From: Thermoplasmata archaeon
Lineage (GTDB): Archaea > Thermoplasmatota > UBA186 > UBA287
DNA: 64,000 nt
Assembly (NCBI GenBank): GCA_011620765.1
Contig: WOYO01000082.1
Location: forward strand, 8,259-72,258
Direction: 5' to 3'
In this document: positions 1 through 9,785 of the stretch, one piece after another
Position numbering within the stretch: the first letter of the stretch is position 1
Layout of the letters: each line of letters opens with the position of its first letter
Program-made: the position numbers and the translations under genes
The notes under the pieces: model-generated
What the model saw: only the letters and a program-made list of their open reading frames with translations
Told to the model about the DNA's origin: nothing
Databases searched by the model: none

Positions 1-58
1 CGACAATCTTGTGTTTTATACCATCCATTCTCTCGTTTATCTTCTTAAGCTCATCCAT
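1..58 (-). CDS. N-terminus of probable Mrp/NBP35 family P-loop ATPase (runs off the window)
   Basis: Manual translation MDELKKINERMDGIKHKIV resembles the 'M..IKHKI.V' lead-in to the Mrp Walker A; only 19 codons visible. Confidence 0.5.
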   Translation of the reverse strand, partial: MDELKKINERMDGIKHKIV

Positions 59-178
59 AGAAAGAATAAGCTCCCTACCTATTCTTTTTTGCGCTTGTTA
101 TTTCATTAAAGCACGTTTGACGTAATAAAGTACACATAACATAAATATATAAAATAGTAACAATAAAAAATAAACCAT

Positions 179-898
179 ATGGCAGAGGTATTTGTTCTGT
201 GTGGACCATCATGCGTAGGCAAGAGCCCTTTATGGAATGCAACAAAAAGAATTTACCCTGAAGTTTCCTGCGAGAAAATTGTTCTCTACACCAGCAGAGC
301 ACCGAGAGCTGGAGAGGTTGATGGCATAGATTACCACTTCCGCTCAAGGAGCTTTGTAGAAAAGCTGAAGAATGACAGAGATTTTATTGTGATGGATGTG
401 CGTGGAGATCTGCAAGCAATGAACATAGGAGAGCTTAAACAAAAAAGAGGAAAGGTCCTCTATGAAGGAAATCCATTCATAGGAGAGAAATTGTTAGAGA
501 TAAAAGAAATAGAAACAACAGGAATCTTTCTCTCACCATTATCTGGAGAAGAAATAGAACAATCCAGGGGGATGGAAGAAAAGGTGTCTCTAGAAGGGCT
601 CATAGAAGAGCTAATGAGGAAAAAGCTTTTGAGGAGAGCAAAGAACCTTAAAGGAGTTCTCTCTCTTAAAGATCTTGAAGAGGTGGAGAGAAGGTGTAAA
701 AGCGCGTATAGGGAGGTGAAATCAGGATACAAATTCGATTATGTGATACCGAACCATGATGGAGAGGATAGTGATAACTGGAGTGCTTTCTATTACCCTA
801 TAGGAGATGCAAGAAGAGCTCTGCTCTCATTCCTCGATATCCTGGAGGGTAGAGAGCCCAGGTTCTTTGAAAAGTGGGAGAGAGATCTTCTAGATTAG
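179..898 (+). CDS. Guanylate kinase-like P-loop kinase
   Basis: GPSCVGKS Walker A and YTSRAPRAGEVDGIDYHF guanylate-kinase signature; C-terminal half divergent. Confidence 0.75.
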   Translation: MAEVFVLCGPSCVGKSPLWNATKRIYPEVSCEKIVLYTSRAPRAGEVDGIDYHFRSRSFVEKLKNDRDFIVMDVRGDLQAMNIGELKQKRGKVLYEGNPFIGEKLLEIKEIETTGIFLSPLSGEEIEQSRGMEEKVSLEGLIEELMRKKLLRRAKNLKGVLSLKDLEEVERRCKSAYREVKSGYKFDYVIPNHDGEDSDNWSAFYYPIGDARRALLSFLDILEGREPRFFEKWERDLLD

Positions 899-967
899 GA
901 AAGGGTGGCAGAGAGAAAGGGCAACAAAGGCACAAAAGTTTAATATTAATACAACCAAATACCAGAT

Positions 968-1417
968 ATGGAAGAGATTGGTGAAGAGGTTATTTCTGAT
1001 ATGATATACTCTATATGCTCTGCTGTTTCAGAGGTTGCTGGGAGGAGCGGGATGGCTTTTATCTCTATGGTAGGTAAGAACCTGCTCTATGAGGTTGAGG
1101 AAAAGATGAAATTACCGTCAAATAGCGAAGATGCTATAGAATCCTTGAATGATTTTCTGAACTTTTTTGTTGAGCTCGGCTATATATCAAGCATAAAAGC
1201 ATCAATGGACAATAACATCCTTTCCTTTGAATTCCAGGACATAAGATTTTTAGAGAGTGAAAAGCTTCTCCAGAAAGAGAAGAGTGCGGTTCTGCCGCTC
1301 TACGTAACGTTCGCAGCAAGAGCCTTTTTAGAAAAATATTTTGGTATTGGCTTGATTTACAAGGATTACGGAATAAAGGATGAGCAGACAACTTCTGCGT
1401 CCTTAAGGGTTCTATGA
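968..1417 (+). CDS. Hypothetical protein, possibly V4R/H-NOX-like ligand-binding fold
   Basis: 149-aa ORF whose stop overlaps the next start; helix-helix then 'GYISSIKA..ILSFEFQD' pattern typical of V4R-like proteins, Cys ligands absent. Confidence 0.55.
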   Translation: MEEIGEEVISDMIYSICSAVSEVAGRSGMAFISMVGKNLLYEVEEKMKLPSNSEDAIESLNDFLNFFVELGYISSIKASMDNNILSFEFQDIRFLESEKLLQKEKSAVLPLYVTFAARAFLEKYFGIGLIYKDYGIKDEQTTSASLRVL

Positions 1418-2136
1418 ATAGGGAAGAAATAATAGAGCATTTTGGTGGGCTCATAGATGAAGAAGCTCTGGATCTCTTAGAAAGAGAGAGGGAAACAGAG
1501 ATCTTTGAGGTTGACAGATTAAACGCAGATCTCATCGGCAGGAACATAAATGTTAAAGGGAAGATAACCAAGATAAATGGAAGAAGAAAGATTGGGGAAC
1601 ATGAAGTCGCAACAGCTTTTCTCGGCAACCTGAAGCTATCGTTCTGGGATGAGGCGATAGATCTGCTTGAAAAGATAAAAGAGGGTTTTGTAATTGTGAT
1701 AGTAAATGGGATGCTGAGAAAAAGGGATGAAAACCTAGAGCTTGTTGTGAACAGATGGAGCGAGATGGATATTCTCTCTGAAAAAAGCGAGAGCTATTTC
1801 TTTCCATTAGATAGACTTCCGATCAATGAGCGGGTAAATGTGATGGGCATGGCTATAGAAAAACCCAGCATAAGGAGCTTCCTCAAAAACAACAATGAGA
1901 TAGGTGTTGTGGGATCTGTATTTCTGAGCGATGGTACAAACACTGTAAGGCTTGTTGCGTGGGATTCTGCGGTTAAGGGGCTAAAGGAAGTTGATATCTA
2001 TGATAAAGTTCAGGTATATGACTGCAGGGTAAAAAAGAACATGATGATAGAGCTTCACTGCGATAGTCTCAGCAGGATCCTGCTTTTACCAGAAAAAAGT
2101 GAAGAGACTGAGAATAGCGTACGGAGCAACGTATGA
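1414..2136 (+). CDS. OB-fold ssDNA-binding protein (RPA/SSB-like, two OB folds)
   Basis: INVKGKITKI, LSDGTNTVRLVAWD OB-fold motifs; N-terminal 'FGGLIDEEAL' typical of euryarchaeal RPA. Confidence 0.75.
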   Translation: MNREEIIEHFGGLIDEEALDLLERERETEIFEVDRLNADLIGRNINVKGKITKINGRRKIGEHEVATAFLGNLKLSFWDEAIDLLEKIKEGFVIVIVNGMLRKRDENLELVVNRWSEMDILSEKSESYFFPLDRLPINERVNVMGMAIEKPSIRSFLKNNNEIGVVGSVFLSDGTNTVRLVAWDSAVKGLKEVDIYDKVQVYDCRVKKNMMIELHCDSLSRILLLPEKSEETENSVRSNV

Positions 2137-2753
2137 AAATAGTTGGCATTAATGGTAGCCCCAGAAAAGGGAAGAACACATCATACCTTGTGGAAAAGGC
2201 GCTCGAAGGAGCGCGGGCTATGGGAGCTGAAACCGAGATGATAGATCTTGTAGATTTCAGAATAGAGCACTGCAATGGGTGCAACCATTGCTTGACCCAC
2301 GATGAATGTCCTATTGATGATGGCATGAATAGTGTTGTTAGCCTCCTGCTGGATGCTGATGGTATCATCATAGGCACACCTGTTTATCATCTGAATGTAA
2401 GCGGACTGCTGAAGGATTTTATGGACAGGAGCAGATATCTGAAGATGGTTGAATTCAAAATGAAGAATAAAATAGGTGGAGCTATAGCGGTTGCCGGATT
2501 AAGGAATGGGGGGCAGGAGCTTGCGCTCAATGCATTGTATAACTATTTTCTGGGCCTGGGAATGATCGTTGTTGGACCTGCAACAGATGGTATAAGAACA
2601 ACTATGGGGGGGATAGGGACGCTCTATAAAGAGATAGATCAGGAAAACGGAAGGATTTACTACCAGAGAAGTTCGGACGATATTCTCGCTGTGGATTCCT
2701 GTTTTGCTCTCGGTAAAAGGGTAGTTGAAGTTGCTGGCGCCATTTTTAGCTGA
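2133..2753 (+). CDS. Iron-sulfur flavoprotein / multimeric flavodoxin (WrbA/Isf family)
   Basis: GINGSPRKGKNT, CxxCxxC-x5-C cluster motif, GTPVY, GGQE. Confidence 0.9.
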   Translation: MKIVGINGSPRKGKNTSYLVEKALEGARAMGAETEMIDLVDFRIEHCNGCNHCLTHDECPIDDGMNSVVSLLLDADGIIIGTPVYHLNVSGLLKDFMDRSRYLKMVEFKMKNKIGGAIAVAGLRNGGQELALNALYNYFLGLGMIVVGPATDGIRTTMGGIGTLYKEIDQENGRIYYQRSSDDILAVDSCFALGKRVVEVAGAIFS

Positions 2754-2792
2754 GATTTTTATTGCATTCTGTTCCAGTGATTCAAAAACAGA

Positions 2793-3143
2793 CTAACGTC
2801 CTTTTGCCTCAAACAACAGCGACAAACCCAGGGCGCTCTCCTTTACTCCGGAGAACCTCACCTCTTTGCCTATCTCAACTTCCCTCTCTACTCTAACCAT
2901 AAGTCTCATTCCATTGGAGAGCTCTACCAGAGCCACAGTATATGGCGCTTCAGAAGAGAATTCTTTGGGAGCAACAAAGATCTTCGTGCATGTTATTACT
3001 CTACCCTCCTCTGGCTCTATTTCCTTCTCAAGATCCCTTGAGCCGCAGAAAGGGCATATCTCTCTTATAGTGTGCTTACCGCATTCGCATCTGTATCCTA
3101 CTATCCTCCCCTTCTTTGCTTCTTCTACAAACTCTCTGTACAT
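2793..3143 (-). CDS. DUF35 Zn-ribbon/OB-fold acyl-CoA-binding protein
   Basis: CECG...CPFCGS Zn ribbon, APYTVALVELSNG OB fold; directly downstream of thiolase. Confidence 0.9.
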   Translation of the reverse strand: MYREFVEEAKKGRIVGYRCECGKHTIREICPFCGSRDLEKEIEPEEGRVITCTKIFVAPKEFSSEAPYTVALVELSNGMRLMVRVEREVEIGKEVRFSGVKESALGLSLLFEAKGR

Positions 3144-3144
3144 C

Positions 3145-4281
3145 CTAAGACCTCCTCAATATCCCAACAACGCATGAAGGACCTGAGCCACCTACATTGC
3201 TTATGAGCCCCACCTCTGCGCCCTTAACCTGATTGTGAGCCTCGTTATGAAGCTGCTTTACCACCTCTATAGCCATTGAGACACCTGTAGCTCCCACAGG
3301 ATGCCCCTTTGCCTTTAACCCTCCATCCGTATTCACAGGTTTTTTTCCATCGAAATATGTTTCTTTTTCTTTTGCGGCCTTTATCCCCTCTCCATGTTTA
3401 TAAAAACCTAAAGCCTCAATATTCTGGACCTCTGCGATCGTAAAACAGTCATGCACCTCTGCTACATCTATGTCCTCTGGTGCAACCCCAGCAACATTGT
3501 ATGCTCTTTTACCAGCTATCTCAACACCCTCAAGCCATGATATGTCTTCTCCCCTCTCAGCTAATGCCATTCGAGACACCGCTGCCTCACAGCTTGCAAG
3601 CTCTACATCCTTCTTTTCGCTAGTCAATATCATTGCAGCAGCACCATCGGATATAGGGCTGCAGTCGTATAAGCACAGAGGCTCGGCGATTATCGGAGAT
3701 CCGTAATACATCTCTTTCGTTATCTCCCTCTGAAACTGTGCATAAGGGTTTTTAGACGCATGATAGTGGTTCTTTATTGCTATCTCTGCGAGATCATCCT
3801 TTGTGCCTCCAATGTTTTTCAGGTAATAGCTGGCCATAAGTGCATAATAACCCGGGAATGTTATGCCGCAGGGCGCTTCATAAAATGCATCTCCTGCTGT
3901 CGCCAGGATCCCTGTTATCTCCGGTGTAGTTTTCGCGGTCATCTTTTCTACACCAACAACCATAACAGTCTTTGCAAAGCCTCCCTTGATCGCTCTGAAA
4001 GCTTCATGCAGTGCAAAGCTTCCACTGGCGCATGCGCTCTCAACGTGCGTTGCCTTTATGTTGTTTTTCAGGCCTAAACTGCCATAGAGCGCTGGCCCGA
4101 GATGCGCCTGCCCCTCAAACAGGTTCTGCGCGAAGTTGCCAACATAAAGCTCCTCTATCTCTTCGGGCGCGATCCCTGCATCTTCCATGGCTTTCGCCGC
4201 TGCCTCCACAGATAGCTCCATAGAGTTCTCAGCGTGTTTACCGAATTTTGTCATTCCCGTTCCTGCAACATACACATTCAT
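3145..4281 (-). CDS. Acetyl-CoA C-acyltransferase (archaeal/SCP2-type thiolase)
   Basis: GMTKFG, ESACASG (catalytic Cys), EVHDCF, KGHPVGATG. Confidence 0.93.
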   Translation of the reverse strand: MNVYVAGTGMTKFGKHAENSMELSVEAAAKAMEDAGIAPEEIEELYVGNFAQNLFEGQAHLGPALYGSLGLKNNIKATHVESACASGSFALHEAFRAIKGGFAKTVMVVGVEKMTAKTTPEITGILATAGDAFYEAPCGITFPGYYALMASYYLKNIGGTKDDLAEIAIKNHYHASKNPYAQFQREITKEMYYGSPIIAEPLCLYDCSPISDGAAAMILTSEKKDVELASCEAAVSRMALAERGEDISWLEGVEIAGKRAYNVAGVAPEDIDVAEVHDCFTIAEVQNIEALGFYKHGEGIKAAKEKETYFDGKKPVNTDGGLKAKGHPVGATGVSMAIEVVKQLHNEAHNQVKGAEVGLISNVGGSGPSCVVGILRRS

Positions 4282-4507
4282 TTATTCACCTCCGGTAGGA
4301 TCAGAGCCTATCTCTATTGGCTCCCCCACTCATCAAATTCAGTATATACCTCTCCAGATATATATGTGTAGCACAGTAGCGTATGGCGCAGAATAAAATA
4401 CATGCACCATACGTAACTGCCCTTTTATCAAAAAACCTGCAGGATCAGCTGTACATTCAGAGCCCTTCAAGGTGCAACAGGTATATATTAACAGTGCAAT
4501 TACTATT

Positions 4508-5899
4508 ATGAAGATCGTTGAGTGTGTGCCAAATTTCAGTGAAGGAAGGAGAAAAGAGGTTATAGACGAAATAGCAAAAGTTATAAGAAATGCAGGCGTC
4601 GAGATCCTGGATGTAGAGAGCAATGAGATCCATAATAGATGTGTTATCACCTTTGTCGGAGGATTGAATGACGTAGCGGAGGCTGCTTTTCTTGGAGCAA
4701 AGAGAGCAGCAGAGCTCATAGACCTGAACAAACATGAAGGAGAACATCCACGCATAGGTGCGTGTGATGTTATACCCTTTATACCCATAACCGCGAGTAT
4801 AGAAGATTGCAAAGAAATAGCCGAGCAAACCGGTAAAAAGATAGCGTCTGAGCTTCACATACCCATATATTTCTATGAGGAGAATGCCAGAAACGAGGAG
4901 AGAAAGAGACTTGAGAATATAAGAAAAGGGAACTATGAATGGCTGAAGGAGCATTTCGATGAGAGGCCAGCAGACATCGGGGATAGGATACATCCCACGG
5001 CAGGTGCCACGGTTGTTGGGGCTAGAAGACCTTTGATAGCTTATAATGTATATCTAAACAAGCCTTCCGATGCCATGGGAAAAAAGATAGCAAAAGCGGT
5101 GAGGGAAAGCAGTGGTGGACTGAAAAATGTGAAAGCAATAGGCTTTATCGATGGGCAAAGGACACAGATATCGATGAACCTTGTTGATTTCAACACAACG
5201 CCAATGTATAGAGTTTTTGAGCTCATCAAGGATGAAGCGGAGCGCTACGGTGCTGTTGCAGATGAGGGGGAGATCGTGGGACTGATACCCGAAAAGGCAT
5301 TGATAGATAGCGCGATGCACTACCTTCAGCTGAACAGCTTTGATGAGAAACAGATCCTTGAGAAGAGACTTGAGAGCCTGTTTGCTATGCAAAAGATATA
5401 TGACTTTGCCTCAGCCTTAGCTTCTAGCAATCCTGTACCAGGCGGAGGCTCAGCAAGCGCAATAGTGGGGGCTTTTTCCTGCGCTCTTGCTGAAAAGGTT
5501 TGTGCATTGAGCGGGCTCTATGAAGAGAAGGAGAAGCTTGAAGCTTTGAGAGATAGATTTTTTGGTCTCGCACAGAAGGATAGCGCAGCATTCATGCAGG
5601 TTATGGATGCTTACAGAATACCAAAAGAACAGGAAGATAGAAAAGAGAGAATACAGGAAGCACTGAAGCATGCAACTCTTGTGCCTTTAGAAACCTACAG
5701 TGCATGCAAGGAAGCTTTGGAGGTAGAGGAGAAAGTTTTAGAGCAGGGGAAGAAGAGCGCTCTTTCTGACATACAAAGCGCCATAGAGCTTGCCAGGAGC
5801 GCAATGAAATGTGCCAGATACAATGTTGAGATAAACCTGGATAGTATAAAAGATGAGAGATTCAAAAGCGAGATCTCTAATGGGATAAAGGATAATTGA
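4508..5899 (+). CDS. ftcD: Glutamate formimidoyltransferase / formimidoyl-THF cyclodeaminase (bifunctional)
   Basis: ECVPNFSEG, HPRIGACDVIPF, C-terminal PVPGGGSASA cyclodeaminase domain; ATG 4508 preferred over track start 4472. Confidence 0.93.
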   Translation: MKIVECVPNFSEGRRKEVIDEIAKVIRNAGVEILDVESNEIHNRCVITFVGGLNDVAEAAFLGAKRAAELIDLNKHEGEHPRIGACDVIPFIPITASIEDCKEIAEQTGKKIASELHIPIYFYEENARNEERKRLENIRKGNYEWLKEHFDERPADIGDRIHPTAGATVVGARRPLIAYNVYLNKPSDAMGKKIAKAVRESSGGLKNVKAIGFIDGQRTQISMNLVDFNTTPMYRVFELIKDEAERYGAVADEGEIVGLIPEKALIDSAMHYLQLNSFDEKQILEKRLESLFAMQKIYDFASALASSNPVPGGGSASAIVGAFSCALAEKVCALSGLYEEKEKLEALRDRFFGLAQKDSAAFMQVMDAYRIPKEQEDRKERIQEALKHATLVPLETYSACKEALEVEEKVLEQGKKSALSDIQSAIELARSAMKCARYNVEINLDSIKDERFKSEISNGIKDN

Positions 5900-5942
5900 A
5901 GATGTCATATCATCCTAGATAGTTCCTAATAATAGTTGTCTC

Positions 5943-6260
5943 CCTGCCGCTCTGGCCCTCTTCCTTAGCTTAACTCCCGAAACAAACAGAGAGGAGTACA
6001 TGGGCATAACTTTAGAATCCCTATGATGGCCGGGGGTTTGCTTCTTGCTATAATGAGCATAGCTGCTGCATGGAATACAGCTTGGGGGCGGTAGAAGTTT
6101 GGATGGAAATAGGAGCAGTAAACAAGTCAAAAAAAAAGGATATCACAATAGCGCCATTAGCCTTGCCATCCATAGCTGGACCCGGAGCAATAGCCTTAGG
6201 TGTGGTGCTTACAAACAGGAGGCCGTGGTACATAGTGATAACCCTAGCTATGCTTGATGA
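5943..6260 (+). pseudogene. Degraded MarC-family membrane protein
   Basis: Fragments in different frames: ALFLSLTPETNREE-YMGITLESL*, MAGGLLLAIMSI, DITIAPLALPSIAGPGAI (MarC motif); stops, frameshifts and deletions. Confidence 0.7.
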
Positions 6261-6274
6261 CGTCGCTGCTCTAA

Positions 6275-7393
6275 CTAACCGACAACGCCTTTCTCCCTTT
6301 TCACGCCTCTCTTAAAGCGCTCAAAGGAAAAAGAAGAAACAAGATCTCTATACCTTTCAGAGCCCGTGATCATGGAAGCTATAGCTCTACCAACAAAAGG
6401 GCTGAGCATAAAGCCATGGCCGCTGAAACCGTTAGCCTGTATAAAACGCTCATAGCCTGCTGGGCCCAGTATGGGTAGAGCATCGGGGGTCATATCATAG
6501 GCTCCTGCCCATTGTCTAAGAAGCCTCAGGCTTTTTATCTGCGGTAAGTGTTCTTCGAAGAGCTTCTTTGCTCTTATTGCAAAAGAAAGAGTTGGAGTAA
6601 GATCTTCGGTTGGCTCTGCTTCTAATGGTGAGTATCCACCAACGAGTTCACCACGCACTGTCTGGCTTATGTAAAAGTTTTTTGAAAAGGACATTAACAT
6701 AGGATCCAGGAAATGATCCATCGCCTCGGTAGCAAATATCTCATGCTTGTATGGTTCTATCGGTAAAGAAACACCGAGCATATCTGCGATCTTTTTAGAC
6801 TCATATCCAGCCGCATTCACCACAAAATCCGCCCCATAGTTATTCTTATCTGTCAGGATCTCAAAGCCTCCATTATAGCTGATCTTTCTTACCTCTTCAT
6901 GCGTCCTTATGTCTGCACCAAGCTCTTTTGCCCTGTCTCTATAACCGAAAGAGACTTTGAATGGGTTCGCTACGCCGTCCATTTTGCAGAAAGAGGCCCC
7001 AACAGCATCATAGGGCTCAACGCCAAAAGCCTCTATCTCCTTTACGGTAAGGATCCTGCTAGGCACTCCGATAGAGTTTTGCATCCTGACGTTCTCCTTA
7101 AACTCTTCTAGCTCTTTATCGCTATGTGCGAGTATTAGATAGCCTCCCTTCCTGAGCTCAATATCGCATGCGAGTTCTTCAGCGAGAGAATCAAAGAGCT
7201 TTGAGCTCTCAAGAGCTATTCTGCACGTCTCTTCCGTTGTGAATTGCGTTCTTATGCCACCACCACATTTGCCTGTTGCTCCGTCCGTTATGTAGCCCCT
7301 CTCTATGAGGGTTACGCTTTCCCCAAGCTTTGCCAGATTGTATGCTATGGACGCGCCATTTACCCCTCCGCCTATGATAACGGTTTTACTCAT
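6275..7393 (-). CDS. FAD-dependent oxidoreductase (sarcosine oxidase/dye-linked proline dehydrogenase beta-like, DAO family)
   Basis: IIGGGVNG, GATGKCGGG, RQWAGAYDMTPD, GFSGHGFM; start likely 7393 or 7399. Confidence 0.88.
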   Translation of the reverse strand: MSKTVIIGGGVNGASIAYNLAKLGESVTLIERGYITDGATGKCGGGIRTQFTTEETCRIALESSKLFDSLAEELACDIELRKGGYLILAHSDKELEEFKENVRMQNSIGVPSRILTVKEIEAFGVEPYDAVGASFCKMDGVANPFKVSFGYRDRAKELGADIRTHEEVRKISYNGGFEILTDKNNYGADFVVNAAGYESKKIADMLGVSLPIEPYKHEIFATEAMDHFLDPMLMSFSKNFYISQTVRGELVGGYSPLEAEPTEDLTPTLSFAIRAKKLFEEHLPQIKSLRLLRQWAGAYDMTPDALPILGPAGYERFIQANGFSGHGFMLSPFVGRAIASMITGSERYRDLVSSFSFERFKRGVKREKGVVG

Positions 7394-7661
7394 TTTCATC
7401 CCCCTCTCTCTCTTCAACTTCATCTTCCAGAAGGAAAAAGCTCACAGGCTTTACTGGAGGCCTGTTTTTTGTAAATGGTACCTCTTTAACTCCCTGCTCA
7501 AGAAGTATCTGTCTCAAAAGCCTGTTGCACCCTCTGCCCTGGCATGTGCCCATGGAGCAGCGCAGGTAACGCTTCAGCTCTTCTATGTCTGTATAACCCT
7601 TCTTTATGGCATCAAGAACATCATCATATGTAACATCCTCACATCTGCAAACAATCTTCAT
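7386..7661 (-). CDS. BFD-like [2Fe-2S] small subunit of amino-acid dehydrogenase
   Basis: VCRCEDVT...GTCQGRGC...RPPVKPV. Confidence 0.85.
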   Translation of the reverse strand: MKIVCRCEDVTYDDVLDAIKKGYTDIEELKRYLRCSMGTCQGRGCNRLLRQILLEQGVKEVPFTKNRPPVKPVSFFLLEDEVEEREGDENE

Positions 7662-7669
7662 TTCTCACC

Positions 7670-8083
7670 TCAGAGATAGGCCTGTTTGTCCTCGTCCTTC
7701 CCCTCAAATTTCATTCTGGGTATGGGTAAAGGCGGTGGAAGGTTCAACTCCTTTGAGAGCATAAAAATCGTTGACATGCAGTACGCCATCGGCGCGTTCA
7801 TAAGCTCTTTTGCTGTTTCCTTATCCTCTATCTTTTTGCTACTCCCCCATGATTCAACCAGAGCATCAACGTTGCCACTGTAGAGCATTCTACCCTCTAT
7901 CCTTACCATGCCTATCGGTAAAAAGTTTGTTGAGAAAGAAAAATCTACACTGGCTTTTTCTCCGTCTTTTGTCACGTTAAGGATCGTTGTGCTATGGTTA
8001 ACACTTATCTTGTAGCTTTTCGCTTCTGCAAGCTCTATATATCTTCTTCCTTCTATCCCTCTCATCTCTATTCGCTCTATCAC
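7670..8083 (-). CDS. Conserved archaeal hypothetical protein, probable SecB-like fold
   Basis: Four beta strands, two helices, then LNLPPPLPIP; lies between argF and the BFD-like gene with tight spacing. Confidence 0.6.
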   Translation of the reverse strand: MIERIEMRGIEGRRYIELAEAKSYKISVNHSTTILNVTKDGEKASVDFSFSTNFLPIGMVRIEGRMLYSGNVDALVESWGSSKKIEDKETAKELMNAPMAYCMSTIFMLSKELNLPPPLPIPRMKFEGKDEDKQAYL

Positions 8084-8084
8084 A

Positions 8085-8987
8085 TCACATCAGCTCCAGA
8101 AGAATTGCCTTTTGTGCATGCAATCTGTTCTCAGCTTCATCAAAGACAACAGAATGCTCCCCATCAATCACCTCATGAGCTACCTCTAGCCCCCGGTGCG
8201 CAGGCAAACAGTGCAGGAATATGAAATCTTCCTTTGCGTTCTTTACCAGGGCATTATTTACCTGATATGGCATGAATAGCTTCTCCCTCTCTCCCTTTTC
8301 CTCCTCCATACCCATAGAGACCCAGACATCCGTGTAGATCACATCAGCCCCCTCGATGGCTTTTTTCGGGTCTTCAAAAACCTCTACTTTACTATGCTCT
8401 CTCTCTTTCGCAAGCTCCCTGGCTTTTTCTAACATGCCTGGTTCATAGCCTTTCGGGCAACCAACAGCTATGTCCATACCAACGATTGGAGCAGCAAGAA
8501 GCAGAGAATTGCAAACGTTATTTCCGTCCCCAACATATGCCAGCTTTAACCCTTTAAGCTTTCCTTTCTTCTCCTTGATCGTCATCAGATCCGCGACTAT
8601 CTGGCACGGATGCTCGAGATCATCCAGAGCGTTTATCACAGGAACTGTTGAGTTTGATGCAAGCTTTACCATCATCTCATGGCTGAAAGCCCTGTACACT
8701 ATCCCGTCAACAAACCTGCTCAGAACCTTTGCTGTGTCTTCAACAGTCTCTCCTCTGCCAAGCTGCATCTGGTCCGGGCTAAGGTAGAGCGCATGACCAC
8801 CGAGCTGTGTCATCGCAACCTCAAAGCTAACCCTTGTTCTTGTGCTTGACTTCTCAAAGATCATCGCAAGGCTCTTTCCCTTTAGCTCTTCGCTGTATCT
8901 CCTGCCCTTGATAGCTATCCCTTTGTCTACGAGCTCCTCGAGCTTATCCTCCACATCCAATATCGATAGAAGGTGCATAGAAAGCAT
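8085..8987 (-). CDS. argF: Ornithine carbamoyltransferase
   Basis: [25 protein letters not shown] motifs. Confidence 0.96.
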   Translation of the reverse strand: MLSMHLLSILDVEDKLEELVDKGIAIKGRRYSEELKGKSLAMIFEKSSTRTRVSFEVAMTQLGGHALYLSPDQMQLGRGETVEDTAKVLSRFVDGIVYRAFSHEMMVKLASNSTVPVINALDDLEHPCQIVADLMTIKEKKGKLKGLKLAYVGDGNNVCNSLLLAAPIVGMDIAVGCPKGYEPGMLEKARELAKEREHSKVEVFEDPKKAIEGADVIYTDVWVSMGMEEEKGEREKLFMPYQVNNALVKNAKEDFIFLHCLPAHRGLEVAHEVIDGEHSVVFDEAENRLHAQKAILLELM

Positions 8988-9053
8988 AGCCTTGCTTCAT
9001 TAAATTCCTTTCGTTGATGGCAAAAGAGATTAACGCAATAGAGCATTTTTATT

Positions 9054-9785
9054 GTGGAACTGTATGAAGGTGTTGAGATCATAGAGAGCTATCCCGCACT
9101 CTACATAGAACAGATAGATACTATTGTGATCAGCGACCTGCATCTCGGCTATGAGAGCATAGCGGCTGAAGGAGGTATAATGCTACCGAAGGTGCAGCTT
9201 GAAGACGCTATAAGAAAGATGCAAAAGATAGTAAAGTCAAAAGAAAGCAGAAGGATAATAATATGCGGGGATGTAAAGCACGAATTCTCAGAAACAACCT
9301 ACCATGAGTTCAGGGAGGTAAGCTATTTCATAGATTTCCTGCACGAAGCTTTTGAAGAGGTTTTGCTGATAAAAGGAAATCATGACACATTCATTAACAG
9401 AGTTGCTAGAAGAAAAGGTGTTAAGGTGTGCGATAGGTACTCTGAGGGTGGTTTTCTATTCATCCATGGGGATAAGGACATAGACCTAAACATCAAAGAG
9501 AAGTTTCTGATAATGGGACATGAGCATCCATCGATAGTTCTCTATGATTCGATAAATAGAGAAAAGGTGAAGTGCTTTTTATACGGCGAGTATAAAGGAA
9601 AAAATATAATTGTCATGCCTGCCTTCAGCTATTTTGCGCTTGGAAGTGATATCAACACAACAACGGAGCTTCTTTCGCCCATACTGAGGAAAATAGGAGT
9701 AGGATCATTCAAAGCTATAGGCTTGATAGAAGGGGAGAGTTTGTTATCTTTTCCAGAAATCGACAGGATCTCTAATCTTTCTTAA
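9054..9785 (+). CDS. Metallophosphoesterase (ICC-like/MPE family)
   Basis: SDLHLG, GDVKH, KGNHD, IHG, GHEHP, MPAFS. Confidence 0.9.
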   Translation: MELYEGVEIIESYPALYIEQIDTIVISDLHLGYESIAAEGGIMLPKVQLEDAIRKMQKIVKSKESRRIIICGDVKHEFSETTYHEFREVSYFIDFLHEAFEEVLLIKGNHDTFINRVARRKGVKVCDRYSEGGFLFIHGDKDIDLNIKEKFLIMGHEHPSIVLYDSINREKVKCFLYGEYKGKNIIVMPAFSYFALGSDINTTTELLSPILRKIGVGSFKAIGLIEGESLLSFPEIDRISNLS

